A stretch of DNA of 64,000 bases from the sequence record NC_019401.1; one strand, 5' to 3'. Made by a program: the position numbers and the translations under genes. The notes beneath the pieces were generated by a model. The model ran no database searches. It saw only the letters and a list, made by a program, of their open reading frames with translations, and was not told the origin of the DNA. Numbering within the stretch: position 1 is the stretch's first letter; every line of letters starts with the position of its first letter. Shown one piece after another: positions 28,601 to 37,760 of the stretch.

Positions 28601-29075
28601 CGATGAATCATTTTTGATTGCACATATTCTTCGTGGTTCAGGGAGTGTTAGCTCCCTTTTGCGTTATATTAAAACACATCCAGAATCAGCAGATGCTGCA
28701 CGTAGCGATATTATAAAAATAAAGTACTGGTATTCTAAATGTTCACCAGTCGTTCAAAATATTGTTCATAAGATGGTGACTAAGTTTGAGTTGTTTGATG
28801 TTGAAAATGAAGATTGGCGTGGTCTTTATACTGATGAGTTAACGCAGTACTTTAAAGTTACTGATAAAGAAACACGTTTACATTTCAAGGTGAATAGTGG
28901 CAAGGAAGCAATTGAAATAAAAGGCAACCAAACATTATCAACTAATAATATTGATTGGATTATATTTTTATATGCAACTCGTTCAGTAATCTACATTAAG
29001 AACAACATAGAAGAAATGATTAAGTCACAAGCAAACGAACGAACTAAAAATAATTACATTGAATTATACAAATAA
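28566..29075 (+). CDS. hypothetical protein, paralog family A member 2
   Basis: HILRG...IKIKYWYSKCSP...MVTKFELF; start among ATGs at 28560-28566. Confidence 0.7.
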   Translation: MLFKKKKAKRHDDESFLIAHILRGSGSVSSLLRYIKTHPESADAARSDIIKIKYWYSKCSPVVQNIVHKMVTKFELFDVENEDWRGLYTDELTQYFKVTDKETRLHFKVNSGKEAIEIKGNQTLSTNNIDWIIFLYATRSVIYIKNNIEEMIKSQANERTKNNYIELYK

Positions 29076-29377
29076 TGGAATACATTACACCAGTACTGAT
29101 AAATCGCCACAAAGGTGAGTTTGATGTTTACATTGGTCGTGGAACTATATGGGGAAACCCTCATCCAATTGATCCAGGCCAAGGAATTTCAAGACAAATT
29201 TCGATAGAAATGTACAGAGAACACTTGTATAAGTGTTTGGAAGATGGTACTATAACCGTCAAAGACGTATTGAGTCTATCAGGAAAAAGAATCGGTTGTT
29301 CATGTTCACCGTTACCGTGTCATGGCGATGTAATTATAGAGGTGTTTAATTGCATAGTCGAAATGCTTGAGGAATGA
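29075..29377 (+). CDS. DUF4326-like protein
   Basis: YIGRGTIWGNP...LSGKRIGCSCSPLPCHGDVI. Confidence 0.8.
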   Translation: MEYITPVLINRHKGEFDVYIGRGTIWGNPHPIDPGQGISRQISIEMYREHLYKCLEDGTITVKDVLSLSGKRIGCSCSPLPCHGDVIIEVFNCIVEMLEE

Positions 29378-29383
29378 ATTATA

Positions 29384-29863
29384 ATGAAAAAATCGGATAT
29401 GTTATTTGCACTTCTTCGTAAAAGTAAGGTGCTTAAAGATATTGTAAAAACAACGAATGATCGTAAGTTCTTAATTGAATTGAAGTATCAGTACTGTAAA
29501 TTATCTCCATCACTGCGTAATATGATTCGAGTTATGGCAACCGATATTGATCGTTTTAACTTTACTGGTGATGAAAACTCGGTCGCACAAGTGATGAACA
29601 ATTATTATCCAATTACTGGAAATGAGCGTACTGAAACAGGCAACGGTCATCCAGAACTGATAGACACCATTACTGGCAATCGTTTTAAAATTTTTCGCAA
29701 TACTATTAAATCAAAAGATGTTATTGTTTTCAAAGAAGCAGAACACGAAGCTTTTATTGTTGCATGTGGTTGCTTGATAAGAGCAAAACAACGTGAAGAT
29801 GAAATCATTAAAAAGAATGCAGAAGAACAAAAAAGATTGAATATCTTATCGGAGTTTTTATGA
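29384..29863 (+). CDS. hypothetical protein, paralog family A member 3
   Basis: ALLRK...IELKYQYCKLSP...MATDIDRF. Confidence 0.75.
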   Translation: MKKSDMLFALLRKSKVLKDIVKTTNDRKFLIELKYQYCKLSPSLRNMIRVMATDIDRFNFTGDENSVAQVMNNYYPITGNERTETGNGHPELIDTITGNRFKIFRNTIKSKDVIVFKEAEHEAFIVACGCLIRAKQREDEIIKKNAEEQKRLNILSEFL

Positions 29864-30480
29864 ATAGGATTACTTTAACGTTTTTGCTTCTCCGTAAAAA
29901 TGTTAAGCAAATTCGTGAATTTTTATTATCTACATCTGAATCAAGAGTTCGTTCATCCCGTCGAAAATATATTATTGGGATAAAAGAAGAATTAGCTAAA
30001 CTTTCATTATCAAAATATAATTTAATTAAAGCAATAGCAACCAATTTTAGTCGTTTTGAAATTAAAAAACTTAAAACTAATTATGTGCCTAATAGGATTC
30101 ACGAAGAATTTCATACAATTATCAACGTAATAGATGGTACAGATATTGAAGTTTCTAGGAGTGTGAGTTCTTTTTATAGTTCTTTTATGACAAATGAAAA
30201 TGATCTTAAAATAAGCAAACGTGGAATACCCCCATCTAAAGATCCGTGGGTTATATATGATAATGAATTGGATCTTTATTTTCTGATTTATGATGATAAA
30301 ACTATTGTTGATGATGTGGAATTGTTTACAGATTCTGACCATGAATGGTTCATTTCGATATACCGAGAGCTTCAAAAAGCTAAAGAAGCCGAAGATGAAA
30401 TCATGAAACAGCAACAAGAGATGCTAGAGAAACAACGTATAGAACGTAAAAAAGAAGGAATACTTTCAAAATATTCGTAA
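29860..30480 (+). CDS. hypothetical protein, paralog family A member 4
   Basis: LLLRK...IGIKEELAKLS...IATNFSRF. Confidence 0.7.
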   Translation: MNRITLTFLLLRKNVKQIREFLLSTSESRVRSSRRKYIIGIKEELAKLSLSKYNLIKAIATNFSRFEIKKLKTNYVPNRIHEEFHTIINVIDGTDIEVSRSVSSFYSSFMTNENDLKISKRGIPPSKDPWVIYDNELDLYFLIYDDKTIVDDVELFTDSDHEWFISIYRELQKAKEAEDEIMKQQQEMLEKQRIERKKEGILSKYS

Positions 30481-30488
30481 GGATTATA

Positions 30489-31349
30489 ATGGATTACAAC
30501 GGCAATTATCCGCACGAAAAGTTGGAGTTTGATACTGGTACAATCATTGTTATTAATGGTGATTGTTCTGAAGTACTGAAAGAATTACTTGAGTTGGGTT
30601 ATAAGTTTAATGCTGCAATTACTTCCCCACCATACGCAGAACAACGAAAAGATGTATACGATAGTATATCTCCTGAAGATTTTCCCGAATGGTACACAAG
30701 TATTAGTACTGATATAATGAATGTCATTCATGATGACGGTTCATACTTCTTTAATATTAAAGAACATGTAGATAAAGGTAAGAGAGATACTTACGTTTAT
30801 CGAACAATTATTGATATGTCAGAGAAGTTTAACTGGAGTGATGAATTCATTTGGAACAAAACAAATCCATTTCCAACTGGTGCAAAAACAAGATTGAAAG
30901 ATGGTTTCGAACGAATATATCAATTCAATCATAGTACAAAATATAAATTCTTTCCTGATGAAGTTAAAGTACCAAGTACTTCAAAATATTTGGAAAGTGA
31001 GAAGAAACGTAAAAATAAAGGCGAGCATAAAGTTACAAATGGTTCTTCAATGAACATGGCTAAAAGAATAGCTGAAGATATGGTTCGACCAAGTAATGTT
31101 ATCACTTGCAGTACGAGTAATTTAAATATTGGTCATCCTGCGGTTTATCCCATTGACATTCCAAATTTCTTTATTAAACTTAGTACTGAAGAAAATGATT
31201 GGGTTCTAGATCCATTTGGTGGCTCTGGAACTACTGCATTAAGTGCTATTCAGAATAATCGAAATTGTGTAATCATAGAAAAATCTGAACAGTACTATGA
31301 ATTAATAATTGAACGTCTATTACAATATGGTCGGGAGAATTATATATGA
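30489..31349 (+). CDS. beta-class amino-DNA methyltransferase (SPPY type, m4C or m6A)
   Basis: TSPPY (motif IV) before HPAVYP and VLDPFGGSGTT (motif I). Confidence 0.92.
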   Translation: MDYNGNYPHEKLEFDTGTIIVINGDCSEVLKELLELGYKFNAAITSPPYAEQRKDVYDSISPEDFPEWYTSISTDIMNVIHDDGSYFFNIKEHVDKGKRDTYVYRTIIDMSEKFNWSDEFIWNKTNPFPTGAKTRLKDGFERIYQFNHSTKYKFFPDEVKVPSTSKYLESEKKRKNKGEHKVTNGSSMNMAKRIAEDMVRPSNVITCSTSNLNIGHPAVYPIDIPNFFIKLSTEENDWVLDPFGGSGTTALSAIQNNRNCVIIEKSEQYYELIIERLLQYGRENYI

Positions 31350-31627
31350 AATCTAAGCCAACACGTGAAGATGTATTGAGTTCTGTGCGTCAAGAATCTG
31401 ATCGTATAAATGAAGAAGCAAAAGGTATGGAAGTTTTCGATTTGACTACACCAAAAGAGCTAGAGCCAGTACTTGCTAAAATTCATACATATAGTGAATT
31501 AGGCAAGTCTGGATGGTATGAAGTAGTTTATCACAATGGCACTGAATGGTGTTGTTATGCAGGTTCCAATACATTTAATGACGGTGAAAAAGTTCTAAGT
31601 TGGAAGTACTGCAAAGACGTGTTATAA
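31346..31627 (+). CDS. hypothetical protein
   Basis: 93 aa, ATGA overlap with upstream gene. Confidence 0.7.
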   Translation: MKSKPTREDVLSSVRQESDRINEEAKGMEVFDLTTPKELEPVLAKIHTYSELGKSGWYEVVYHNGTEWCCYAGSNTFNDGEKVLSWKYCKDVL

Positions 31628-31635
31628 GGAAAAAA

Positions 31636-32877
31636 ATGAGCGATAATCATCTAGACAATTTAATAGTAAGACACCTAGCAGGATCACAAGCATACGGTAC
31701 AAGTACGCCATCATCAGATACCGATTTCCGTGGTATCTTTTTGGCAGATAAAGAATTTATTCTAACGCCTTTTTTCACGGTGAATGAAGTTTCAGATCCA
31801 AGTGAAGAAGATACAAAGTACTACGAGCTTAATAACTACATGAAGCTTTATCTTGATGCAAACCCAAATATTCTTGAATCACTTTGGGTAGATGAAGAAG
31901 ATATTGTATTCCGTAATGAAATTTACGACCATCTTCGTAACTCAAGGTCAGAACTTCTTTCATCCAAAATCGCTTTTACATATACTGGATATGCACATAA
32001 CCAGGCAAAGCGTATGAAAAATCATCACGGTTGGATGGACAAAGAACGCACTGGCGTTCGTATTTTACAGGAATACTTTGATCAAACACCATGTGAACAA
32101 ATGATCCAGTGGATTGGTGACACATTCCCTGATTATATCATGAATTTGGTTGATGTTGAAAAAGGTCGCGGGAAATACATAAAAGGTTTCATTGACTTTG
32201 AAAAATTCATGCGTAATGCATCATTACAGATGATCAGCACTCAACCGCTAAAACAGTATCATTTTGTTAAACTTGTTCATAACTACTTTGACCATCAAGT
32301 ACTTGACCGTGATTTTAACATTCTGAATTACAAACATGATTATCAACTAGTTCCATATGGTGATAACATTTTTGGTCTAGTTCCGAAAGAAGGGGCTAAA
32401 ACTATAAATGATGATGGTAGTATTCATCGAATTGATACGAGCAATCTCTCACTTCAAGAAGTGAAAGAGCTTCCGAAGCTTATTGTCAAATTCAATAAAG
32501 ATGAATATGAAAAGAGTTCTGATAATCGGACTAACTATCATCACTGGAAAGCAAATCGTAATGAAGCACGTTCTGAATTAGAACAACTTAATGGTTATGA
32601 TACAAAACATGCAATGCATGTTGTACGGCTTCTTCGTACTGCTGAAGAAGCATTGAGCACAGGCGAAGTTCTTGTTAAACGACCTGATGCTGAAGAACTT
32701 CTTGCAATTCGTAATGGTGCTTGGAGTTTTGATGAAATGATGGAGTACTGGACAGAACGTGACCAGTATATCCGTGAAGTACTTTATAAACAATCAGTGT
32801 TGCCTAAAACTCCGAATATTCAAAAAGCAGGAAAACTACTAATTGAACTTCGTGAAATGCAATGGTACGGGAAATAA
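31636..32877 (+). CDS. Pol-beta superfamily nucleotidyltransferase (RlaP/YcgL-like)
   Basis: GSQAYGTSTPSSDTDFRGIF, NPNILE, GYDTKHAMHVVRLL. Confidence 0.8.
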   Translation: MSDNHLDNLIVRHLAGSQAYGTSTPSSDTDFRGIFLADKEFILTPFFTVNEVSDPSEEDTKYYELNNYMKLYLDANPNILESLWVDEEDIVFRNEIYDHLRNSRSELLSSKIAFTYTGYAHNQAKRMKNHHGWMDKERTGVRILQEYFDQTPCEQMIQWIGDTFPDYIMNLVDVEKGRGKYIKGFIDFEKFMRNASLQMISTQPLKQYHFVKLVHNYFDHQVLDRDFNILNYKHDYQLVPYGDNIFGLVPKEGAKTINDDGSIHRIDTSNLSLQEVKELPKLIVKFNKDEYEKSSDNRTNYHHWKANRNEARSELEQLNGYDTKHAMHVVRLLRTAEEALSTGEVLVKRPDAEELLAIRNGAWSFDEMMEYWTERDQYIREVLYKQSVLPKTPNIQKAGKLLIELREMQWYGK

Positions 32878-32878
32878 T

Positions 32879-33292
32879 ATGACTCTTTTAGAACAATTTA
32901 AAACTGCACGTGAAGTATATCTTTCTTTAATCAACGAACATAGCGATGATATTATTCGTGAAATCGTCAAAGAACTTGGAATTAAATATCCAGGGCTAAC
33001 AACTGGTATGATTATCGGTTACACCCCTGAATGGAATGATGGCGAAGCATGTGAGCATAGTTCTGATATTCAAATCCAATATATCGATGATTCTATTGAA
33101 GAATTTATGGATCTTGCTGAAGACCACGAATTTAATAATTTATCACGTGAAGATGCACGTGAAATTAGTAAAGAGCTTGACCTTGTTGATATTATTCTTC
33201 ATGAAATTTATGGAACTAATTATCAATTCGCTTTTACCATCATTGATGGTACTGTTACAATTAAACGTGAATATTATGAGTGTGGTTATTAA
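32879..33292 (+). CDS. hypothetical protein, paralog family B member 1
   Basis: GYTPEWNDGEACEH; ends YECGY. Confidence 0.75.
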   Translation: MTLLEQFKTAREVYLSLINEHSDDIIREIVKELGIKYPGLTTGMIIGYTPEWNDGEACEHSSDIQIQYIDDSIEEFMDLAEDHEFNNLSREDAREISKELDLVDIILHEIYGTNYQFAFTIIDGTVTIKREYYECGY

Positions 33293-33295
33293 TAA

Positions 33296-33802
33296 ATGAG
33301 TCTTTTTGAAAAATTCAGCGAACTAACACGCAATTACAATAAAGCTAAGTATGATCTTGCGGCGTTCATTAATGATAACCAAAAACAAATTCTGATTGAC
33401 GTTTCTAAAGAATTGAAAAAAATCAACGGAATGAATAAAGTTGTTATAAAAGGTTATACTCCATGCTTCAACGATGGTGATGCATGTACTCACAGTAGCT
33501 CAGCATATTTCAACCAACGTTATGATTTTGGGGAATTAGCTGAAGATGACACCATTAGCGGATTAGCCGAATTTTTAGGTGCACCAGACGAATTTATCTA
33601 TGGTGAAGATGACCTATATAATTGGGAAGATCTCAGTTCTGTTAATACTTATAGCACTGAAGACCAAGACAAGATAAACAGCTTAGTTTCAATGCTAGAC
33701 GACTTGATTGAACGAATTTATGATACTAATTATATTGTTTTCATCGATTTGACTACTGATGAACCAACGATTAGTTATCAATCTTACGATTGTGGATATT
33801 AA
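33296..33802 (+). CDS. hypothetical protein, paralog family B member 2
   Basis: GYTPCFNDGDACTH; ends YDCGY. Confidence 0.75.
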   Translation: MSLFEKFSELTRNYNKAKYDLAAFINDNQKQILIDVSKELKKINGMNKVVIKGYTPCFNDGDACTHSSSAYFNQRYDFGELAEDDTISGLAEFLGAPDEFIYGEDDLYNWEDLSSVNTYSTEDQDKINSLVSMLDDLIERIYDTNYIVFIDLTTDEPTISYQSYDCGY

Positions 33803-33803
33803 T

Positions 33804-34280
33804 ATGTTTGAACGTACTGACAAAGCTGTATCAGAATACAAAAAAGAACTTGCCAAAATGCAAGCTGAACTTCGTGAAAAGTTCATTGAAGACCTAAAAC
33901 TAGACGCCGCCGAACTAAAGGCTGCTTTTCCAAATCTAGATAAGATTTTCATTATTGGTAGTACTCCAGAATGGAATGATGGTGAGGAATGTGTTCATGA
34001 ATCGGAAGTCCTAATCGAAAACCGTAATGGTGACGGATGGTACGATATGCGTACATACGTTGACCGTATGTATTGGGATGCAGAAGTAGTTCCAGATGAA
34101 TTCCTACACATTAATATGAATTTGAGTCCTGAAGATCTAAGTAAAATCCGTCTCATTCTACTTAATGCTGGTCTTGAAGATGACTTGGAAGCAGTTTTTG
34201 AAACAAACTACCATATCATTATTGATATGACTGGTGAAGATGTTGAGGTAATTGTCGAAGATTATGACCGTGGATACTAA
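33804..34280 (+). CDS. hypothetical protein, paralog family B member 3
   Basis: GSTPEWNDGEECVH; ends YDRGY. Confidence 0.75.
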   Translation: MFERTDKAVSEYKKELAKMQAELREKFIEDLKLDAAELKAAFPNLDKIFIIGSTPEWNDGEECVHESEVLIENRNGDGWYDMRTYVDRMYWDAEVVPDEFLHINMNLSPEDLSKIRLILLNAGLEDDLEAVFETNYHIIIDMTGEDVEVIVEDYDRGY

Positions 34281-34839
34281 TACGTTAAATCCAGTGGGGA
34301 GCATTGAATTAAATCTTTTTTCATGGGAGGTTCCTGCGAACCTTCCAGTACAAGAATTTAAATACGCTTCACCAGAGATTGTACTTGACAACATTCCACC
34401 AGAAATGGCAGAATTAGTACAGCGAATGATTGATGAAATTAAAAAATATGATTCACGTTCAATCGTTGTAGATTATCGAGTGCGTAATCTTGATACAGGC
34501 GATAGTGGTTCTCACATTTATGGTTATCATCTTGATTGTACAAACAATATCCATGATGACTTTGAACCTGAAACACACATTATCTTTGGTACAGTTCAGG
34601 GAACTAGCTTTATAATGAATCCAATTAATGCTATTGGATATAACACTGTAGATGATATTTTAAAAAATGAAGTACTTGTTGAATATGTTGCTCCTACAAA
34701 CACAGCACACAAATATACGAGTAAAGTACTTCATAATTGTCCACTAATCGAAAATCCATGCCAGCGATTGCTAATTCGTGTTACCGCTGGATTCAAAGAG
34801 AGAATTAAACATGCCAAATCTATCCAGCATCAAGCGTGA
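34264..34839 (+). CDS. putative 2OG-Fe(II) dioxygenase-fold protein
   Basis: HxD (YHLD), distal H (VLHN) and R (QRLLIRV) in canonical order. Confidence 0.45.
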   Translation: MTVDTNTLNPVGSIELNLFSWEVPANLPVQEFKYASPEIVLDNIPPEMAELVQRMIDEIKKYDSRSIVVDYRVRNLDTGDSGSHIYGYHLDCTNNIHDDFEPETHIIFGTVQGTSFIMNPINAIGYNTVDDILKNEVLVEYVAPTNTAHKYTSKVLHNCPLIENPCQRLLIRVTAGFKERIKHAKSIQHQA

Positions 34840-35227
34840 TATTGAACGTAAGTATTTCAGTACTAATGATACTGCTGAACGTTACAATATTTTAAAAGAA
34901 CTCACTGACCATCTTAATGAACTACGTCAAAAGACTGTTTCTCAAATTGGAAGTGGTTTTGAGAATTGCAACATGGCAGACGCTTTACGTAGAATATGTA
35001 TTTTATTAGCAGACCAAAGTGGTTGGGCTGTTAGTACTGTTTCAGATTACGTAAAAGAAAGTTCAACTATCGAAGATGTAACTGACAATTTAAGTCTAGA
35101 TTCACTAGATTTGGTTGAATTTATTATGGCAGTTGAAGAAGAATTTGATGCTGAAATCTCTGATGAAGATGCAGAAAAATTTGAAACAATTGGTGACATT
35201 ATTGCTAATGTTCTAATCCGTAATTAA
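34811..35227 (+). CDS. acpP: acyl carrier protein with N-terminal extension
   Basis: [36 protein letters not shown], including the DSL phosphopantetheine serine. Confidence 0.88.
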   Translation: MPNLSSIKRDIERKYFSTNDTAERYNILKELTDHLNELRQKTVSQIGSGFENCNMADALRRICILLADQSGWAVSTVSDYVKESSTIEDVTDNLSLDSLDLVEFIMAVEEEFDAEISDEDAEKFETIGDIIANVLIRN

Positions 35228-35233
35228 TCATTG

Positions 35234-35258
35234 AAACCCGCTGTTACTGGCGGGTTTT
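35234..35258 (+). terminator. rho-independent terminator
   Basis: AAACCCGC-N8-GCGGGTTT. Confidence 0.7.
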
Positions 35259-35302
35259 CTATTAAATATGGTATATACCTGAAAATTCATGAGGGGTTTA
35301 CC

Positions 35303-35680
35303 ATGTGGAATTTTATTAAGTTAAACAAATTACCAATAAGTATTGTTGCATTTGTGTTATACACAGTACTGATGGTTTTTGGTGGTTGGAAAGTTCATAC
35401 CTACTATGTTGGCTATCAACAAAATCTTGAAGCTAAAGTAGAGCAAGTTGTTAAAGATGGTATCAGTACTTATCAACGCAACCAGGCTCAAGGGTTAGAA
35501 GATACAAAAAATCTCCTAAAAGATGCCAAAACTAACACAATCATTAAAGAAAGTACTATTGTTAATAGACCTATCTATATGCAACAATGTATAGATCAAG
35601 CTGGTGTTGATTTACTAAAACAGTACCGTGAGGATTCTAAAAACATAATCAACGGGACTAAGAAAAATGAAAAAAATTAA
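35303..35680 (+). CDS. i-spanin (Rz-like)
   Basis: N-terminal TM, helical periplasmic part, PIYMQQCIDQAGV; overlaps a lipoprotein gene. Confidence 0.7.
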   Translation: MWNFIKLNKLPISIVAFVLYTVLMVFGGWKVHTYYVGYQQNLEAKVEQVVKDGISTYQRNQAQGLEDTKNLLKDAKTNTIIKESTIVNRPIYMQQCIDQAGVDLLKQYREDSKNIINGTKKNEKN

Positions 35681-35978
35681 AATGTTTTTCGCCGCCATCA
35701 TTATAGCAGTGACATTTGCTATAAGTGGATGTGGTAATCAAGTACATAATCAGCCGATTATAGAACAACAATCTATGCTACAGCTTTGCGGTACTGATAC
35801 ACCGATTCCAACTAACTATGTTATTAACGATAAAGGTGAGCAAGTTTATAACGGTAAAGAAGTGTTTACTGTTTTGCGTGACTGGCAAGCGTACTACAAT
35901 GAATGTGCAGCGATGCATAATCAACTTGTGCGTACTATTCTTGAACTTCAAAATATGAAAGAAGTTCCTAAAAAATAG
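35667..35978 (+). CDS. o-spanin (Rz1-like lipoprotein)
   Basis: lipobox AISGC; YNECAAMHNQL; overlaps i-spanin end. Confidence 0.72.
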   Translation: MKKIKMFFAAIIIAVTFAISGCGNQVHNQPIIEQQSMLQLCGTDTPIPTNYVINDKGEQVYNGKEVFTVLRDWQAYYNECAAMHNQLVRTILELQNMKEVPKK

Positions 35979-35979
35979 G

Positions 35980-36008
35980 TTGATTAACAGCTAAGATGTT
36001 GATATAAT
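35980..36008 (+). promoter_or_regulatory. sigma70-type promoter
   Basis: TTGATT-N17-TATAAT. Confidence 0.65.
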
Positions 36009-36009
36009 A

Positions 36010-36036
36010 AAGGAAATCGTGAGATTTCCTTTTTTT
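36010..36036 (+). terminator. rho-independent terminator overlapping the promoter start site
   Basis: AAGGAAATC-GTGA-GATTTCCTT plus T run. Confidence 0.75.
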
Positions 36037-36052
36037 CGTTTGGAGCTTAGAA

Positions 36053-36442
36053 ATGCTTAAAGATTTAGAATTCACCCACCTGGAAGTAGTTAGTGCAACT
36101 AAAAATATTAATGATTTATATGACAAAAAAGATTTTAATATTACTATAACTATGGTGCGTGAAGAAGATTCTTTTACACATTTAGAAGGAATCGAAAGGC
36201 TACTACATGAAACTCGGCTACATAATGAAAATAAATTTATTAAGTTAAGTTGTACTTATACTGAAACTGAAGATGGAAAAGTTATCCTTCCTATCAAAGT
36301 TGCGTATAATGGAAGTACCGTAAAGTACCGTAAACGTGCTTACTATGAGCACGAACTTACTCCTGATATTTTTGAAGATATTAACTTCGTAGAGAACTTT
36401 TTCGAACGTTCTCCTAACGACCTAAAACGTGTTTATATGTGA
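36053..36442 (+). CDS. hypothetical protein
   Basis: 129 aa, GGAG RBS. Confidence 0.75.
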   Translation: MLKDLEFTHLEVVSATKNINDLYDKKDFNITITMVREEDSFTHLEGIERLLHETRLHNENKFIKLSCTYTETEDGKVILPIKVAYNGSTVKYRKRAYYEHELTPDIFEDINFVENFFERSPNDLKRVYM

Positions 36443-36452
36443 GGATTAAATA

Positions 36453-36710
36453 ATGGATGATGATGTTTATTATCGTATAATTCGCACCCGCGAAGATGAT
36501 AACATACTTACTGTTGTGTGTATGCAATGGTTTGATGAAGATGCCTACGATGTTAATCGTTTTTTATGTGCCAAAGGCACTGATGATCGTTTGATATTCA
36601 GTACTGTAGAAAAGGCAGTTAAGTTCCTGAATGATAACATCAAACAAGAATTTATTGATCCTGAGTATCGCTGTATGACTCAGGAAAACAATGATTCATT
36701 CTACAAATAA
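36453..36710 (+). CDS. hypothetical protein
   Basis: 85 aa, GAGGA RBS. Confidence 0.75.
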   Translation: MDDDVYYRIIRTREDDNILTVVCMQWFDEDAYDVNRFLCAKGTDDRLIFSTVEKAVKFLNDNIKQEFIDPEYRCMTQENNDSFYK

Positions 36711-36740
36711 ATGAAACACAATTAAAAATTGTGGTATAAT
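36711..36740 (+). promoter_or_regulatory. promoter, ATGAAAC-N17-TATAAT class
   Basis: ATGAAAC, 17 nt, TGG-TATAAT. Confidence 0.7.
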
Positions 36741-37360
36741 GTAGGGGAAGACCTGAAAAGGTTTTCCTCTAAAAACTCTGATTGATCCATAATATGGAAT
36801 AGTTTAAACCTGATCTCGTTGAAAATGTAAACAGCAGATGAGTAGTTCAATCAGTACGAGTGCAATATATTTTACCCGTTAGGAATCGGCATAGTTTGTA
36901 CCGACCACGGCAATGCGGCACTTTAAATGCGTCCTTGACATGAACGCACTAGATAGGCATTAGAGGCATACTCACCTGTTAAAAGGGAGATATTCTACGG
37001 AATATCAATAGTACTTGTTGCTGAATTAGCGAGTACTATATGCGAAGGAATGTGAAATCTTCGACCGTTGTATGCGACTGTAGTAACTGGAAACCGGACA
37101 ACCCGCCAGTGTTTGCTACAAATTTTAGATAATATAGATCCGTCCAAAATTTGAGTAAAATCTACAAATTCAGAGGTAAGACTACCACCGTCAGATATAT
37201 TCTGACTTTTTTTCGTTCCCCTTTCGTGGGGGGATGCAAATGGATCAACAAACCCCGTCAGTATAAAAGTATTGAACGTACTTAAATAATAGAACTGAAT
37301 GTTTAATTATTCGAGTTCGACAGAACGAGAAGAATGAAACATTCTTGGCTAACGGAGTTA
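36741..37360 (+). ncRNA. candidate large structured non-coding RNA (~600 nt)
   Basis: no ORF of 60 aa or more; directly after a promoter; GC-richer than flanks; GAAA and cUACGg tetraloop hairpins with G-U pairs; 9 bp long-range helix 36782-36790/37240-37248. Confidence 0.55.
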
Positions 37361-37364
37361 GACA

Positions 37365-37736
37365 ATGAACATTGGAGAAAACGAGTACTTTGATAACATA
37401 CTAATAAAGTACTTCCTTATTTTAATTGAGATTAATCTGTATACTTACAGATTTAATAGTTTTAGATTGAATATTGAATCTAAAAAGGATAAATCACCTG
37501 GCATTTACGAAGCAATGCAGGAGATGGCTTATCTAGGTGAAAAGATAGTATGTGTTAATTTTGATCGTAGCTATCCCGTCAAACATACTGATAATATACA
37601 CTACTTTATCGGGAAAAATGCGTATTACTTACCACCAGTACCTTGTGACTTTTTATTCATATGTAATAATATAACAAGAGAAGAATTGGATAAAATAGCA
37701 AATTTTTATAATCCAAAGTTTATTTTTCACTGCTAA
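37365..37736 (+). CDS. hypothetical protein
   Basis: 123 aa, GGAG RBS; weak. Confidence 0.5.
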   Translation: MNIGENEYFDNILIKYFLILIEINLYTYRFNSFRLNIESKKDKSPGIYEAMQEMAYLGEKIVCVNFDRSYPVKHTDNIHYFIGKNAYYLPPVPCDFLFICNNITREELDKIANFYNPKFIFHC

Positions 37737-37760
37737 ATACAGTATCTATAAACTACAAGG

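Noticed and set aside
30489-31349. Restriction-modification system around the MTase
   Set aside because: No adjacent ORF shows a recognisable endonuclease motif; treated as an orphan MTase.
36836-36880. tRNA-like D-arm words (GAGTAGTTCAATCAGTACGAG)
   Set aside because: No anticodon stem, T-loop (GTTCRA) or acceptor stem at the right spacing; not a tRNA.
37168-37206. Group I intron R/S-like words (TTCAGAG...GACTA, AGATATATTC)
   Set aside because: Too close together to hold P8, no P/Q elements recognised, and no interrupted gene on either side.
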